Positions 29,170-43,218 of a DNA stretch of 64,000 nt are shown piece by piece; the first letter of the stretch is position 1, and the number at the start of each line of letters is the position of its first letter. The notes below the pieces were generated by a model. That model made no database searches. It was not told the DNA's origin and saw only the letters and a list, made by a program, of their open reading frames with translations. The DNA lies in NCBI GenBank assembly GCA_964016885.1, contig OZ024755.1, positions 12,214,001 to 12,278,000 on the forward strand, in the 5' to 3' direction. A program made the position numbers and the translations under genes. The DNA is from Eledone cirrhosa (taxonomy: Eukaryota).

Positions 29170-31736
29170 GAACAAGACACTTTATTTCCTGTTACTCCAG
29201 TTCACTCAGATGGCAAAGAATTAACTGTACTTGTAATTCAAGTGGCCAGCTTTGTCATATGACCCATCACCCAACATCTCATTTATTTTTTCTTTTCATA
29301 ACATTCATCACTTGCTCTATTCCTCTCTAGTTACTTTCATCCTTCCTCAACACATGACCAAACATCTCATTGATTTTTTCTCTTCATAACATTCATCACT
29401 GGCTCTATTCCTCTCACCCAGTCACTAACATTTATCCACTGACACTATTCCCATCATCTTCAATTCATTGTTTATCCCTCCACCACCGTCTCTCTCTCTC
29501 CCCCTCTCTCTCTCAGTGATACTCCATTGATCATCCATTGAACTATTCTCATATATGTTCTTCCTCGGCTTCTCTGCTGCTCAACATTCTAGACTTCTTA
29601 AACTGAATTAAGAATGAAAGTTAAGATTATTTGATGTACCGTAATTACAGTAATTCTACTTCTTGAGAAATAACTTGATACATTTTCCTTTCATATTTCC
29701 TTTTACTTTGAATAATTTATAAGTGATTTTTATTTTACTGTCTAGTAAGTTATATATATTAGATAGACTGTATAATTAGTATAATAATGGTTTATTTTAA
29801 AAGCCAGATATTAGTATTAGTGAATATATATATATATATATATATATTTATTCTTTTATTGATTTCAGTTATTTCAATGTGACCAGGCTTATTTTATCAA
29901 TTGTAGCACTTAGTTTCTTCATCTCTTTTTGTCAAACCGCTAAATTATGGAACATAAACATGGGCACACATATATACAAGGGTCATCTAAAAAGTTCATA
30001 GGCTGACCAAGATACTCTCATGCAATGACCAAATGAAGTTTATTTTTCAACATAGTTCCTGGAAAGAAACAATGCAGTTATTAATATGAAAATAAGAAGT
30101 GTTGAAATTAATGCATGCAAGATTTCACAGCTCTCTCTCTCTCTCTCTCTCCACACACACACATATATTTATCTATATATAGATGTAATCATCATTATTA
30201 TCACCATTTTATGTCAATTTAGTAGTAGATACTTACCGTAAGTACCACACAGTGGGACTGAACCAAAAACCATGGGATACTGAAACAAGCTCCTTAACCA
30301 CATAGCCATGCCTGCACCTATTATATTCATTGTTTAAAAAAAAAATTTTATGGAATAAACTCATTCATATTTAATGCTCTTTTTTTAATGAGTGTTTTCA
30401 TATATATTTGGATTAATATTTTATCTGCTTTTATTAACTTAAGAAATCAATATTATTGATATTAAAATAATACATATGTTCCAGACAATAGCGACAGTAG
30501 AGAATTCAAAGGACAGCTGTCACCTTATTATTTTAAGTTCAACATTTCAGAGTTAACTTTTTCTACCATCTTTGTAAGGTTGATAAAATATGCATCAGCT
30601 GTATTTTCTCTCACGTGCAACAACAATGGCCTTGTACCCAATAGAAATAAATTAATATTTGAATAATAATTTTTTATAAGATATATAAAGCATTGTGATA
30701 ATTGAAATTTGAAACAAATTTGAAAAGCCAACAATTCAAATTATAAAATTTGGTTGTGTTGAGTTTTTGATGTTAAAAGATCTTGTTCATGAAATGAGTC
30801 AGGATTGGAAATTGTTTTTCTTTTCCACGATGAAGAACATCAGATTTGAAATGAAGAAGTGGCTGCATGCAACTCATTTTACTTCTGTCAGGTACACAAT
30901 GTTAGCCCCTTCTTTAGCAGGAAAAATGGCCCTAACTCATTTGTTGTGGTCGTTGTGTGTGCTAGCATAGGTTAGACGGATTGTCACAGCCTGGATTTAG
31001 ATAAGTCAGAGTGACCTCGTCTTGTTCATACATTCCATATTTCGCAAGGCTTTTACAGTTGGATGGCCTTTCTAACCCCATCCGCCTTACAGGGTGTTCA
31101 GATGCATTTTATCATGATACCAGCACTACCACATTATAGAGTTTACAGGATGCATGTTATCATGGCACCAGCACTACCACATTATAGAGTTTACAGGATG
31201 CATGTTATCATGGCACCAGTACTGGAGAGATTGTCATATGCTTGGCTAGAATAAAACGTCCTTTCTATTAAAATAGTTAAAGTAAACTGGCTGATGCAGC
31301 AGGCATTGTTGGCTAATCTTCACAGCATCTTATTCATGAGGTACAGCTGAGATATACTAGTTATCCAAGGGTGTAGAGTTTGTTCCCTGCCCTTTTTATT
31401 TTTTTTACATTCTCATTATTTAAAACTTTTTTGTTATCATTATAATATTGTAAATATGTAAATTAGTACAATATGCTCAAAAAGAATGTATTGTTTATAT
31501 TGATAGACTATAAACAATATGTTTATTTTATCTTTTCGGGTGAGTATTTTATATGGAGGTTATCACTAGCTATTCTCCGCAGCAATGCTTTCACCATGTT
31601 GTCCTGCAAGACACAGCCGTGAAATACTGCCCAGCCAAGGGGGTAGATTTTGGCTCCTACCCATTTCTCCATATTATTCTTTTTTCTTTTTTTTTTACAT
31701 GTTTTGTTTAATTTTATTTTCATGATATTGTACATA

Positions 31737-31936
31737 TGAGGGTCAGCTGAAAAGTTCATAGGCTGACTAAAATACTCTCATGAAATGACCCAATGAGGTT
31801 TATTTTTCGAAATGGTCCCTGGAAAGAAACATTGCAGTTATTAATAAAAAGAATTGAAATTAATGCATGCAAGATTTCACAGCCCTAGCATCACTCTTTC
31901 ATAGTCAGCCTATGAACCTTTTAGCCAGCCCTCTCA
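31737..31936. mobile_element. mariner-type MITE
   Basis: TA then TGAGGGTCAGCTGAAAAGTTCATAGGCTGAC ... GTCAGCCTATGAACCTTTTAGCCAGCCCTC. Partial copies at about 29975-30135 and 7775-7848. Confidence 0.75.
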
Positions 31937-32068
31937 TGTAATGTTGAAAAAAGGGGATGTTTTTCTTGAATACAGTATAAACAATTTAAAATGTAGCCAT
32001 CCCAATGTAAATAATTACAACAATAGTCAATTGCTATAAATAAAAGTTGAAAAAATCAGGTAAAGTTC

Positions 32069-32400
32069 TGGCTTAGTGGTTAAAGCATCACACTACAATT
32101 GTGAGTCTGTGAGTTGAATTCCCGGATCAGGTGCTGCATTGTGTCCTTGAGCAAGATACTTTATTTCATGTTGTTCCAGTTCACTCAGCTGGAAAAAAAT
32201 ATGTTGCAACATCACTGATGCCAAGCTGTATTAGTCTTTGCCTTTCCCTTGGTCAACATGGGTGGCATGGAGAGTGAAAACTGGTATACATGAGCAACTG
32301 TTGGTCTTCCACAACCTTGCTCGGGCTTGTGCCTTGAAGGGAACCTTTCTAGGTATAAATTTCATGGCCATTAGCAACCAAAGGTGGATTCCTGGTTTAC
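32069..32400 (+). mobile_element. CORE-type SINE
   Basis: GGCTTAGTGGTT head and TGTGTCCTTGAGCAAGATACTTTATTTCA core. Confidence 0.75.
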
Positions 32401-32551
32401 ACCTTGAGACAAAAAAGTGGACAGATGTTTCTCTGTCTATTGTTATAATTATTTACATTGGGACAACTATATTTCAAATCTCAAATTTTCCCCACTGTGT
32501 CTTCATTCAACTGGATGTTCCTAACATAACAATTTTTCTTTAATTTTACAG

Positions 32552-32612
32552 GTGAGAGTTTCATCTGGAGGTTATGCTCTTACAACTTCATGTGTGAGGA
32601 CCAGAAAGTACT
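32552..32612 (+). other. 5' UTR part of the first coding exon
   Basis: Polypyrimidine tract and AG at 32550-32551, and in-frame stops before the ATG, imply at least one non-coding exon upstream. Confidence 0.7.
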
Positions 32613-34421
32613 ATGGAAGGGACAGATATGTTAAGGCTGCATATGATTGAGAAATGTACCGGTGCTCAAAAGAGAAAACAGATGTCTCGTCGTTATCAGC
32701 CCAGACCTAAGCATGTTTTTGATGATGATGAGGATGTTGCCCCTCTCAACCTTTCTCTTAATGACTCAAATTCCTATTTATCTTCTGTTGATGATAGGAG
32801 AGAGAAAAATGGAAATTTACCATCTTCCAAATCATCATTAACAAAAATGCAGTCTGCTCCAAACCCTGCTGGGATTCCACACAGTGATTCACTTGGATAT
32901 GTGAAGTCAGAATTGGATACATTAAAACCTTGGAATGAAAATGGCTGTGATATTACAAGAAGGAGTTCTCCTTCTAGTGAGTATCCAAGGAATTCTATAA
33001 CGCAACTTATCCAATCGAAGGACTTATCGAAGGAAATACCAAAGTACAGGAAGCCTCACAAACATACGATTGAATCTTTGCTTGAAAATGAAAAACCAAC
33101 TCAAAAAAACCCTGATAATTTTTCATCTAATCAAGAAGTTCCAAAGCAGTTTGATAGTTACGCTGTGAATACAGACCATAACAAAAAACTGACAGTAATT
33201 CTCCAAAAGATTACCTCACGAGATGACTGTAAACTCCCAACAAAACAGCCTGAGTCTAATGTGATGCCAGTAAATATTACATTACCTTCTACAGATTCTG
33301 CTGGTGAAACAAAAATTGCCCGATATGAAACTCGTCATAATCGTAAAACAATTCATCCAATTTTATATTTTAGTGACTCTGATGATGATGAATTTCCTCC
33401 AGTTTGGAATTCTAGACGAGGTAAAAAACGTAAAAAGCGAAGCCCTAAATCAACACTGATAAAGAAAAGAATAAATAACTCTAAGCCAGTCGTACCTAAG
33501 AAAATAACTCCTAAGCCATTGGTTCCACCAAGAAAGAAACCCAAGAAAAAGTCTATATTTAGGTTTCGACCTCGTATTCATCTTCCAAAATCTATCAAAG
33601 CTCATTGTGAGATTTGTGATAAACCTTTCCGAACATTAAGCACCATGAAGAAACATTTACATTTGAAACATAATAAGTCATTGTTTTCACATTTGTCATT
33701 TAGCAAATGGGTACGTTCTCATTATAGCTACTTGAGAAGCTTTTACAGAATGATAGCAGTTTATAATCTGCCAAATTTAAAAAAACAATATACATGTTTG
33801 AGGTGCCAAAGAATATTTAAGCATTATAGTTCTCTTCGTCTCCATTGTAAAATGAATCACTGGAAAGGCTGTCGCACATCAGTTCCAAAGTTGTTTTTCA
33901 AGGGTGGCAAATTAGTAAAAAGCAAGATTTCAATACCATCTTGGAAGACCAAGAAGAAGAAGAAAGAATTGAAGAAGCGCGGTCGAAAACCGAAGCCACT
34001 TTGTTTGAAAGGTTATAAGAAACGAGAGTTCCGCTGTCCAATTTGCCTCAAGTACATTGCTTCCAACAGAACCCTAGTGGTACATTTGCTACGAGTCCAC
34101 TCCTTAAAGGAAAATGAGATTTCATGTAGTGTCCTGCAAAATTTGCGATGTGTAGAATCTGATTGCAGCTATGAAGGAAAATCACTCAAGTCTCTTTCTG
34201 ATCATGCACGTCAGGAGCATCCAAGTGTGCGACATTTTTGCCCTTATTGTAACCGTGGCTTCTACTTGGAATTTCTGCGAGACAAGCATGTGCTCATGAA
34301 GCATAAGTACCGTGAGCAACTGTTGAAGTTTGCTTGTAACCATTGTGGCAAGCGATATCTACGAAGATGTCATCTGCGAATGCACCAATATTCAAAACAC
34401 TCAATACCACATAATGTCCAA
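32613..34421 (+). CDS. C2H2 zinc-finger transcription factor, first coding exon (603 codons, 6 fingers)
   Basis: Long non-repetitive ORF. ATG in good Kozak context (A-3, G+4) with in-frame TGA stops upstream (32553, 32595). Acceptor ttttacAG ends at 32551. Six C2H2 fingers (CEIC, CLRC, CPIC, CVESDC, CPYC, CNHC). Phase-0 donor CAA|GTAAGT at 34421/34422. Confidence 0.93.
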
Positions 34422-34604
34422 GTAAGTAACTAAATAATATATATATATACGCCTATGTGTCTATGTGTGTGTGTATTGTGTGTGTAATCATGAAAACAAG
34501 TCATATGCTAGACGAGGACAAATATCAGTGGCCATGTATCATTACATGGTTAATTACATCCCCAATCCTCAGTGTTATTTAAAAAACACATATTTATATA
34601 TATA

Positions 34605-34704
34605 CATGATGTCCCTCAAAAATGTATACTCACTTTTATTACCTCTACAAGTAATATTTATTAGAATGCTGTTGAAGTGTGTATACATTTTTGGGGACAC
34701 CTTG
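34605..34704. mobile_element. Tc1/mariner-type MITE, 100 bp
   Basis: TA|CATGATGTCCCTCAAAAATGTATACTCACTT ... AAGTGTGTATACATTTTTGGGGACACCTTG|TA. Confidence 0.75.
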
Positions 34705-35162
34705 TATATCCAAGGTATCTATGTATATGTCGATGTTTTGGAGGAGGTATATTATCAGATTCTTTGGAGATTAAGAAAACTCAAGAAAAGAATGATAGTT
34801 TTCTTTCTTACATTAGATGATGTGGTTTCATGTGGAACAGAGCATTAAGAGTTTTACGCAGTTTTTAAATTAAAAAAAAATATTTTCTGACTGCTTGTAT
34901 TCTAAATTGCACCAAGTAAAACTATGTGGGCTCACTTTACATATTACATTTAAAACAAATACCATATCTTTTTTAATATAAGTCCTATCATTCTATAAGA
35001 TGCTTTCTTATTTTAGATTTAAAAAAGTTTAGAAAGAAGTTATTGCAATATCTAATTCAGTGTATAGGATACATGGGAATTTTTATGTCAAATTTTGAGG
35101 TAAAAAAAGTGTCTTATATTGAAAAAATGGTGTCCGGCAATGAAAAAATAAGCATTATTTAC

Positions 35163-35350
35163 AGGGCGATGGATTGGCAGTATTGGTAGAGAGTCGGACA
35201 CCATGCTTTGAAGCATAGAGTTACGTCCCTTTATGATCTGAGTTCATATCCCGCCGAGGTTAACTTTGCCTTTCATCCTTACGGGGTCGATAAAATAAAG
35301 TACCAGTAATGTACTGGATAATTGCTGGCCTTGTGCCAAAAGTAGAAACA
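35163..35350 (+). mobile_element. SINE family M, full length
   Basis: Matches the 17626 copy. Confidence 0.9.
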
Positions 35351-35627
35351 AGTATTTACTGAGAATTTCACTAAAATATTTCTTATAAATTCTCTTACAA
35401 CATTTATGATTATCATTAAATACAGAATTAGTTTTAAATTCAATATCACAAAGAAAAAAAAAATGAAGTAGTTAGTTGTAGTTTGTCTGGCTGTAAGTTG
35501 AGATACATACACAAAGGATGTTTTAATGAACGTCTTTGTTAGTAATTGTTAATGATGATTTCAAAATAATTATTTTCACTGTAACATGTGCATTTTTAAT
35601 CAAGCAATCTTTTTAAAAGCCCATATA

Positions 35628-36010
35628 GTTAGCTTTGCCTTTCACCCTTATAGGGTCGATAAAATAAAGCAAGAGTAATGCACTGGGGTCGATTTAATCG
35701 ACTTTGCCCTCCCCTAAAAATTGCTGGCTTTGTGCCTAAATCAGAAATCATTATTATTGAGGTAATTTTTCAATGACTTTGCCTTTCATCCTTACGGGGT
35801 CGATAAAATAAAGTACCAGTAATGCACTGGATAATTGCGGGCCTTGTGCCTAAAGTAGAAACAATTATTATTACTATCCCACCGAGGTTAACTTTGCCTT
35901 TCATCCTTACAGAGTCGATAAAATAAAGTACCAGTCACTCACTGGGGTCAATTTAATCGACATTCCCTTCCCCCAAAATTGCTGGCCTTGTGCCTATATA
36001 CGAAACCATT
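35628..36010 (+). mobile_element. Cluster of three truncated family M SINEs (long, short, long tails)
   Basis: Three CTTTGCCTTTCA(T/C)CCTTA...GTCGATAAAATAAAG cores in tandem. Confidence 0.85.
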
Positions 36011-37410
36011 ATTATTACTGTAGCAATTTTTTCACTACTCTGTTATATTCTTATTTTTCACAACTTTATTGCATTCTCATTGCTGTAGCAATTTTTCCAC
36101 AGCTTCATTGCATTCTAATTGCTCACCAAAACAGACTGGGAGAAGCCTAGTTATGTGCCTTATCCCAGATCAAAAGATACCTTAACTATGGAGATCTATG
36201 TTCATAATTCTACTTTTTCTTAACATTAAGCTGAACATATCTGACATTTATGGTTTATTCTTTTAAAAATTGATAGCTGACTTCATAGGCTAGAAAATAA
36301 TATATTTATTCAGTTGTTGAGCTGTGGATTTTCAGGATCATTAGGGTGTTGGACAAAATGCTTTGTGGCATTTAGTTATAGCCATATATATATATTCTGA
36401 ATTCATATCCTGCCAAAATCAACTTAGCCTTTCATCCTTCTGGGGTTGAGTAAAATACTGGTGTCAATATAATCAACGTCCCACAAATTTATGGTTTTGT
36501 GTCTAAATTAGAAATCATCTTTTTAGTTGCCATGAGATATTTTGATCTAATACTTGGGTAACAGCTTCACATAAAACAACAACAAGCATTTTAAGGGTCC
36601 CTTTTCACTTCTAACGCAATGGCTTAGCCTTTTGGGCCCCATGACAGTCTTCATACTCATCATAGAATGCTTTATGAGGCCAATGTTTTACAGCCAGATG
36701 CCCTTCCTGGTACCAACCCTTTTAGCTGCCTCTTACAACATGTAGGGATATAATGTAGCTATTTTAAACCAGAGACTTGATTAGCCATCATCATCATCAT
36801 CATTTTAGGTCAGCCTTTCATGCTGACATAGGTTGGATAGGTCCTCGCAGTCTGAGACCAGACAGTTTCGAGTGACCTCTTCTTAATCATATGTTTGATA
36901 TTTAGGTACAGTTTCTACAGCTAGATGCCCTGTTGAACACCAATTGCTTTGTAGAGTGTACAGGGTGCATTTTATTGTGGTTCCACCACTATGACTTTAC
37001 AGGGTCTACTAGGTGCATCTTTTAGCCATAAGAATTTTTTCTTATGTCTGTGATACTTTTTTAAAACAACTCCACAGACTGGTATGGGTTATACAAGTTA
37101 TCACAATCCAAGAACAAATGGATCAGTATGATCTCCTTATACTTTCCATATTTAGTATGGATTCTATAGCTGGATGTTCCCCTCATACCAACCACCTAAC
37201 AAGGTGAATTAAGTATATTTTATTGCTGTACCAGCACTACCACTTTACGGAGTCTACTGGGTGCATTTTAAACCATAATATTTTCTTTTCATATCTGTTA
37301 TACTTTTGTTTTTCATACAAATTTACACACTTTTATTCTCATTTATATATTCTTATCTTTTGTAATAATCTTGTGTTACTTTTATAACAATCTTCCATGT
37401 CATTAAGATT

Positions 37411-37444
<34 letters not shown>

Positions 37445-40400
37445 ATTGATCACTATCATAATGGTGGGGTGTGCAGTTTTACAGCTGCAAGCTGTTCTAT
37501 CTATGAATCACTCAGCCATGGTGTATGAGTCATAGCTTTCATAAAATCAGTCACACCATTAACCCATTTAATACACACCTCTTAGCCCACCCACCGAAAC
37601 TATTCCTGGTTTTGTGATTCAAAACTACCTGCTTTGAAGTGGTCACACTTGTACTAAATCCTTCCATATTTCTATGTTAGAACCTTTTGTTAAGTAATGT
37701 TCCAAACATCAGCTTCATAATAAAAATGCTAGGCTACGAACATGTTACTACATACTTCAAAACGCTTCGATATTTTTTATATGATTTGAAATTAATAGGC
37801 TGTGTATCACATTAAAAATATTGTAACGAAAAGGGTATTTTTTTTTTTTAGATCCTTCCATCATAATTTTATTCAAGTAATATTGTTTTGTCCCAAACAA
37901 TAACTTAATAATGAGAAACTTAGTTACATTTCTAAATCCCTCCAAATTCTTGATTATTTCAAAATAAATTGAAACACAAGCTTGGCATACTTTATTAGAA
38001 ACATCTTAACAAAAGAGAATTGCTTTGAAACACAAGATAATAGGTGTAATAATGCGAGAAATTGAGTGACCTTGTTTTGCTCATACACTCCATATATGGC
38101 ATGGTTTCTATGACTGGATGCCCTTCTTAAACCGAATGTACTGAGTTCATTTTTGATGAGATCGGCACTACCATTTTACTGAGTACTGGGGCATGTTATC
38201 AAAACATTCACTCTAAAGCAGTTGTCATGCTCGAGCAGACTGAAGAGTCCTCATTATCCTTTATAGTCTTTGTTTGACCACCAACCACATTAGAGTGTAC
38301 TGGGTGCATTTTATATGGCACTAACTTTATCTTGGTGTATTCCATTGTGGGAGAGGTTGTCTTGACTAATGCTGGTTAAAGAACTTCTCCACACCCTGCA
38401 ATCTCTGACCTAGGTGTGTTTTCTTATAGAAAATTTCCTCATAATCATATTATTTAAATAATAGTTAAAACAAACTGAATTATGTGGATATTTTTGTATC
38501 AACATCATTTAATGTCTACTTTCCATTTTATTTCTATTTTTTTTTAAGTCAAAATTTTATGAGTTTTATTCCTTTATTCTTTTTATTGAAGAAATCAAAA
38601 TTAGTATATATGTGTGTGTTTGTGTGTGTATATATGCCTTAACCTTTTGAAAACCAATTGTTTGAAACCAACCTGGTTCTCTCATACAAAACAGTTTATT
38701 TTTAAGCTTTCAAACATAATTTTATATAAGTACTTTTATTAGGTTCCAAACACCAGCCTAATAATGAGAAAGTTAATTATATTACTAAATCCATTTAAAT
38801 TCTTGATTATTTTCAAAGCTATTTAAATATCATAGGTTAGTGGCTTTAGAAATATGGTAACAAAAAGGTTAAAATGTTTATATTTATCTATAAACTTTCC
38901 ATCATAGATTTATATAAGAACATTTATCTTCCAAACATAAACCTTGATAATGAGAAAGTTAATTTTATTACTAAATACATTTACAGTTTTAATTATTTTC
39001 AAAATTAAATAAGTATGTTTCATTAGAAATATGGTAACATGGTTAAAATGTTATACTTAGCCATAGTTTTATATAAGAACAGCTACGTTCCAAACATCAC
39101 CTTAATAAGAAGGTTAGTTATATTACTATTATTTGAAAACCATAGGTAGTATATTTAATAAGGAATATGGTGCTAGAAGGGTTAAATCAAAATTTGCAAT
39201 ATCAACACCTTAAATACCCTCTTTCAAACAATTCAGTCATGATTGTGAAGACAAGTGATCATTTGCATTCCGCTGTAACTTTCTCAATTTTTTGTATATC
39301 TAGAAAAATATTGTAAAATCAATCCTTCGTTATTTAAATCGTAGTGTGGGATTGGAGTGAATTTAACTGCTATTTCAAGGCATGTCAAGCAACCATATAG
39401 AAGTACTTGTATTGACTCGTCATTAACTTAGTCACCTGTGTTGATGATTACTTGTTAATATCATTAAGTTGTAATGACATTTCTCTTTTTGTGATATTTA
39501 CCTAACATTCATATCCACTCTTTTGCTGCCAACCATTTTTTTCTTTTTTAATTATAACCTTCCAGTATAATTCTATATAAGAAACTTTTGTTAAGTTACC
39601 AATACTAATCAGTACAGATTCTTCATTAATTAAAGAATATAAAGTGTATGTCATTAGAAATATTATCATAAAAAGGTTAAAGGTCAAGTTGACCCAGAAT
39701 TTTTTTTCTTTTTCTGTGAATTTTCTTCAAGTTGCTCTTTCAAATTTCTTATACTCAGTGCATCAGGAATGTAAAATATTTTTTATTAGAAAATATATTA
39801 TATTGTTTTGTTTAAAATTTTGAATAGAATATTAATGATTTAGGACAGTCCCCACCTCTCACTTCTTTCTGTTCAAACCGGCCGTAACTGGCCACCCATT
39901 CTGATGTTATGGTAGTTTTCAAAATAAATAACATCAAAATCTCATGGATTTGATATTATGTAAGATATTCATGTGAGATAAAGCCTTTACCACGAAAATA
40001 CAATAGTATATATAGAGTACTGTAAATGCTAAAGGGTTAAGCTGCCATGTTATTGTTAAATTCTTGTTAATGGTATTTTATATTAGTCATAAGTGATTTT
40101 TAGGTTAAATTCTTTAAATACAGCAAATTGGCAAACTAATTCCAGTGCCAGGTTCAATGCCTTGTAATTTGTTCTGACTTTCTGCATTCTGAGTTCGATT
40201 TCCTCTGAGGTCAACTTGACCTTTAATTCTACCAGGGTCAATTAATGAGGTTACAATTGGGAAGATGTTAGATTGGTGGAGTAGCTAAAGAGTTGGATGG
40301 AAGGCTTTGTGTTATCTGTTCCTGTTCTGTGCATTTTTAGTTCAAATCTCATATTCTGTCCCTGGAAAAGTGCTGACACTTCTGTCAGGAGTTGTGACTA

Positions 40401-41030
40401 ACAGATAGTAATAGAAATGGAAAGATCAATGGAAGCATTGTTTCTTTCATCAAATCTGACAATTGAATCTTTTCCTTTTCTTTCTTTGAATATTTTTGTT
40501 GTTGTTGTTTTTCTGAACTTGTCCTGGTTGTTTATTTGATGGGAGATTATCAGTCTGTTCTCTAAGGGGCTTGAATATCTTTCTAAATATATCCATTTCT
40601 AAATATCTATTTCTAAATATGCATAGCATTTTGAGCAAATGTCTTTACCATACCCTTGGGTCAATGCAAACCTTGTGAGTGTAATTGGGTAGATAGAAAC
40701 TGTATGGAAGCCTGTCAGATAGATAGCACCTGTAATTCAAAGTTAGGGGTTTTTCTTGACATCGTCTTAACATAGTATTCTGGAGATCTATTTTCAATTT
40801 GTATTTTATCCTTTTCACAGTTTCTGTTGCTCTTTCTTTATAATTATCAGTTTATTTAATTTCTGTTTTGAATGTGTTGGCTTCCTTGAAATCAAAAAAC
40901 ATTGTTTGTTATTTTGTTGTTCTTGTTTCGTGACTATTTGTATTATCTTTCCATTATTCTTCATTAGATATTTTCGTAGTGATCATTATCATTATTGTGA
41001 TTAATATTATTATTATTATTATTATTATTA

Positions 41031-41438
41031 GAATTGGCAGTATCGGTAGAGGGTCAGATGCCATGCTTTCCAGCATAGTTACGTCCCTTTACGGTCTGAG
41101 TTCAAATCCTGTCGAGGTTAACTTTGCCTTTCATCCTTACCAGGTCGATAAAATAAAGTACCAGTAATGAACTGGGTAATTGCTGGCCTTGTGCCTAAAG
41201 TAGAAACAATTATTATTATTAATAATAATAATAAAATTGCTTTGAGGGTCTGACGCCATGCTTTGCAGCAAAGAGTTACAGCCCTTTATGGTATGAGTTC
41301 AAATCCCATCTAGGTTAACTTTGTCTTTCATCCTTACGGGGTCGATAAAATAAAGTACCAGTCACGCATTGGGGTCGATTTAATCGACTTTCCCCTCCCC
41401 CCCCCCCAAATTATTGGCCTTGTGCCTATATAAGAAAC

Positions 41439-41488
<50 letters not shown>
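41031..41488 (+). mobile_element. Two tandem family M SINEs with an expanded (ATT)n tail
   Basis: Short-tail copy, then long-tail copy, then (ATT)n. Confidence 0.88.
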
Positions 41489-41489
<1 letters not shown>

Positions 41490-41914
41490 CGAAGGATGGT
41501 GGATTTGTTGAATTGTTTGAGCACTGTACAAAATATTTAGTACTATGATGGTTATCTCTGTTTTTCTACACTATCAAATGTAGCCTTGGACATTTACTTA
41601 AACAGTCTTTCTTCACTTTCATACTTCTGGCAAGTATGCTCAAGGATAAATTTTCCTAATGTGGTCAGAATAATAGCAAAATATGTCCAGAGTTATCTGC
41701 ACTTGCAGAAAAATTAAAACAATATTATACAATGATTGATATCGTTTGTTTTTATTTTCTTATCACATATTTTTAATTACTTTGATAATGTTTCATGCAT
41801 TAACCCTTTTGTTACCAAATTGCTTGAAACAACTTCTATGATATAAAACTGTTTTGTTTTTTTTAGTGTTTATATTTATCTAAAACCCTTCCATCATAAT
41901 TTTATGCTAGAACA

Positions 41915-42310
41915 TGGAGGTACATGGCTTAGTAGTTAGAGCATTGGCCTTGCAATCGAAAGGTTGTGAGTTCAATTCTCAGACTGGGGGATGTGTTGTT
42001 TCTTTGAGCAAGACACTTTATTTCACATTGCTCCAGTTTACTCAGCTGTAGAAATGAGATGATAGGGATTGGGGTCCATATCATTCCACTGTAAAGTGGT
42101 CGTGTAGGTGCCACGGCAAAAAAGCACCCAGCCCACACTGTAAAGTGGACATGTAGGTGCCACGGAAAAAAGCACCCAGCACTCACTGTAAATGAGGTTG
42201 GTGTTAGGAAGGGCATCTAGTTGTAGAAATCAAGCCAGAATCAGTTCCCGTCCCACACTTGCAAGCAAGGAAAAGTGGACGTAAAATGAAATGAAATGAA
42301 ATGAAATGAA
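41915..42310 (+). mobile_element. CORE-type SINE with an internal 48-49 bp duplication, inserted in a family A MITE
   Basis: tRNA-like head, core and (TGAAA)n tail. Units start at 42087, 42136 and 42184. Confidence 0.9.
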
Positions 42311-43082
42311 ACTTTAAGTTCCAAACACCAGCTTGATAATGAGAAAGTCATTTAATTTACTAAATCCCTTCAAATTCCTGATAATTTTCAAAATGGCTTT
42401 AAAATTATAAGCAGTGTATTTCATAAGTTGTTTCAGACAGTTTTGGTTTAAGTAATCTGTGAAACCCTTTCAATGTATTAGTAGGTTTAGCATTAGAATG
42501 ATATGAAAGCTGGGAGCATTCTCATTCTATATGAATTAGTTGACTGAATGAAAAGATTCTGATTTGGGGATTGTTTCTTTTGATCTAATGTTTCCTAGTT
42601 TATCTAAGCATGATGATGGTTAACATCAAAACATTTTCAATATTAAATTACATAAAATTTTCTTTCACTCACTGGTATATAATATTGAGAGTCTGTAGTA
42701 GGTTTTGAAAGATTTTAGAACACTCAAAATCATCCAATATTTATACCATCATTATCATTTTATGCTGATATTTCCATGCTAGCATGAGTTAGACAGACCA
42801 AGTCAATACTTAATCAGAGTTACTTTACCCCGAGACCAACTGGAGGCCACATCTCACATACATTCTAAAGATGGGTGCCCTTTTAAATGCCAACAACTAA
42901 ACAGAGTGTAATACGTGCATTTGACTATGGCACTAGCACACTAGCACTATGGAGGCTGTACTGTCCTTGACACAACTATAGAGTATTCTCTCTCTCTGTA
43001 TATGTGTGTATTAAAAATTATCAGCCTAAAATGACACAAGATATGCTTCTAATACATACATACACACATATATATATATATA

Positions 43083-43218
43083 TATAGTAAAATAAAATAA
43101 AACAAGGATGATTGGTTACTCCTTCATTATGTTTATTGGTTGGTGAAACATGCATCTCCAACCAATAAACATAATGAAGGAGTAACCAATCATCCTTGTT
43201 TTATTTTATTTTACTATA
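43083..43218. repeat. Inverted repeat, 61-bp arms with a 14-nt loop
   Basis: 43083-43143 is the reverse complement of 43158-43218. Loop is TGAAACATGCATCT. Abuts (TA)n. Confidence 0.9.

Noticed and set aside
34422-34433. ORF-track end of the 606-aa protein (VSN-stop)
   Set aside because: Perfect GTAAGT donor and phase-matched downstream exons show the main gene continues. Kept only as a possible minor isoform.
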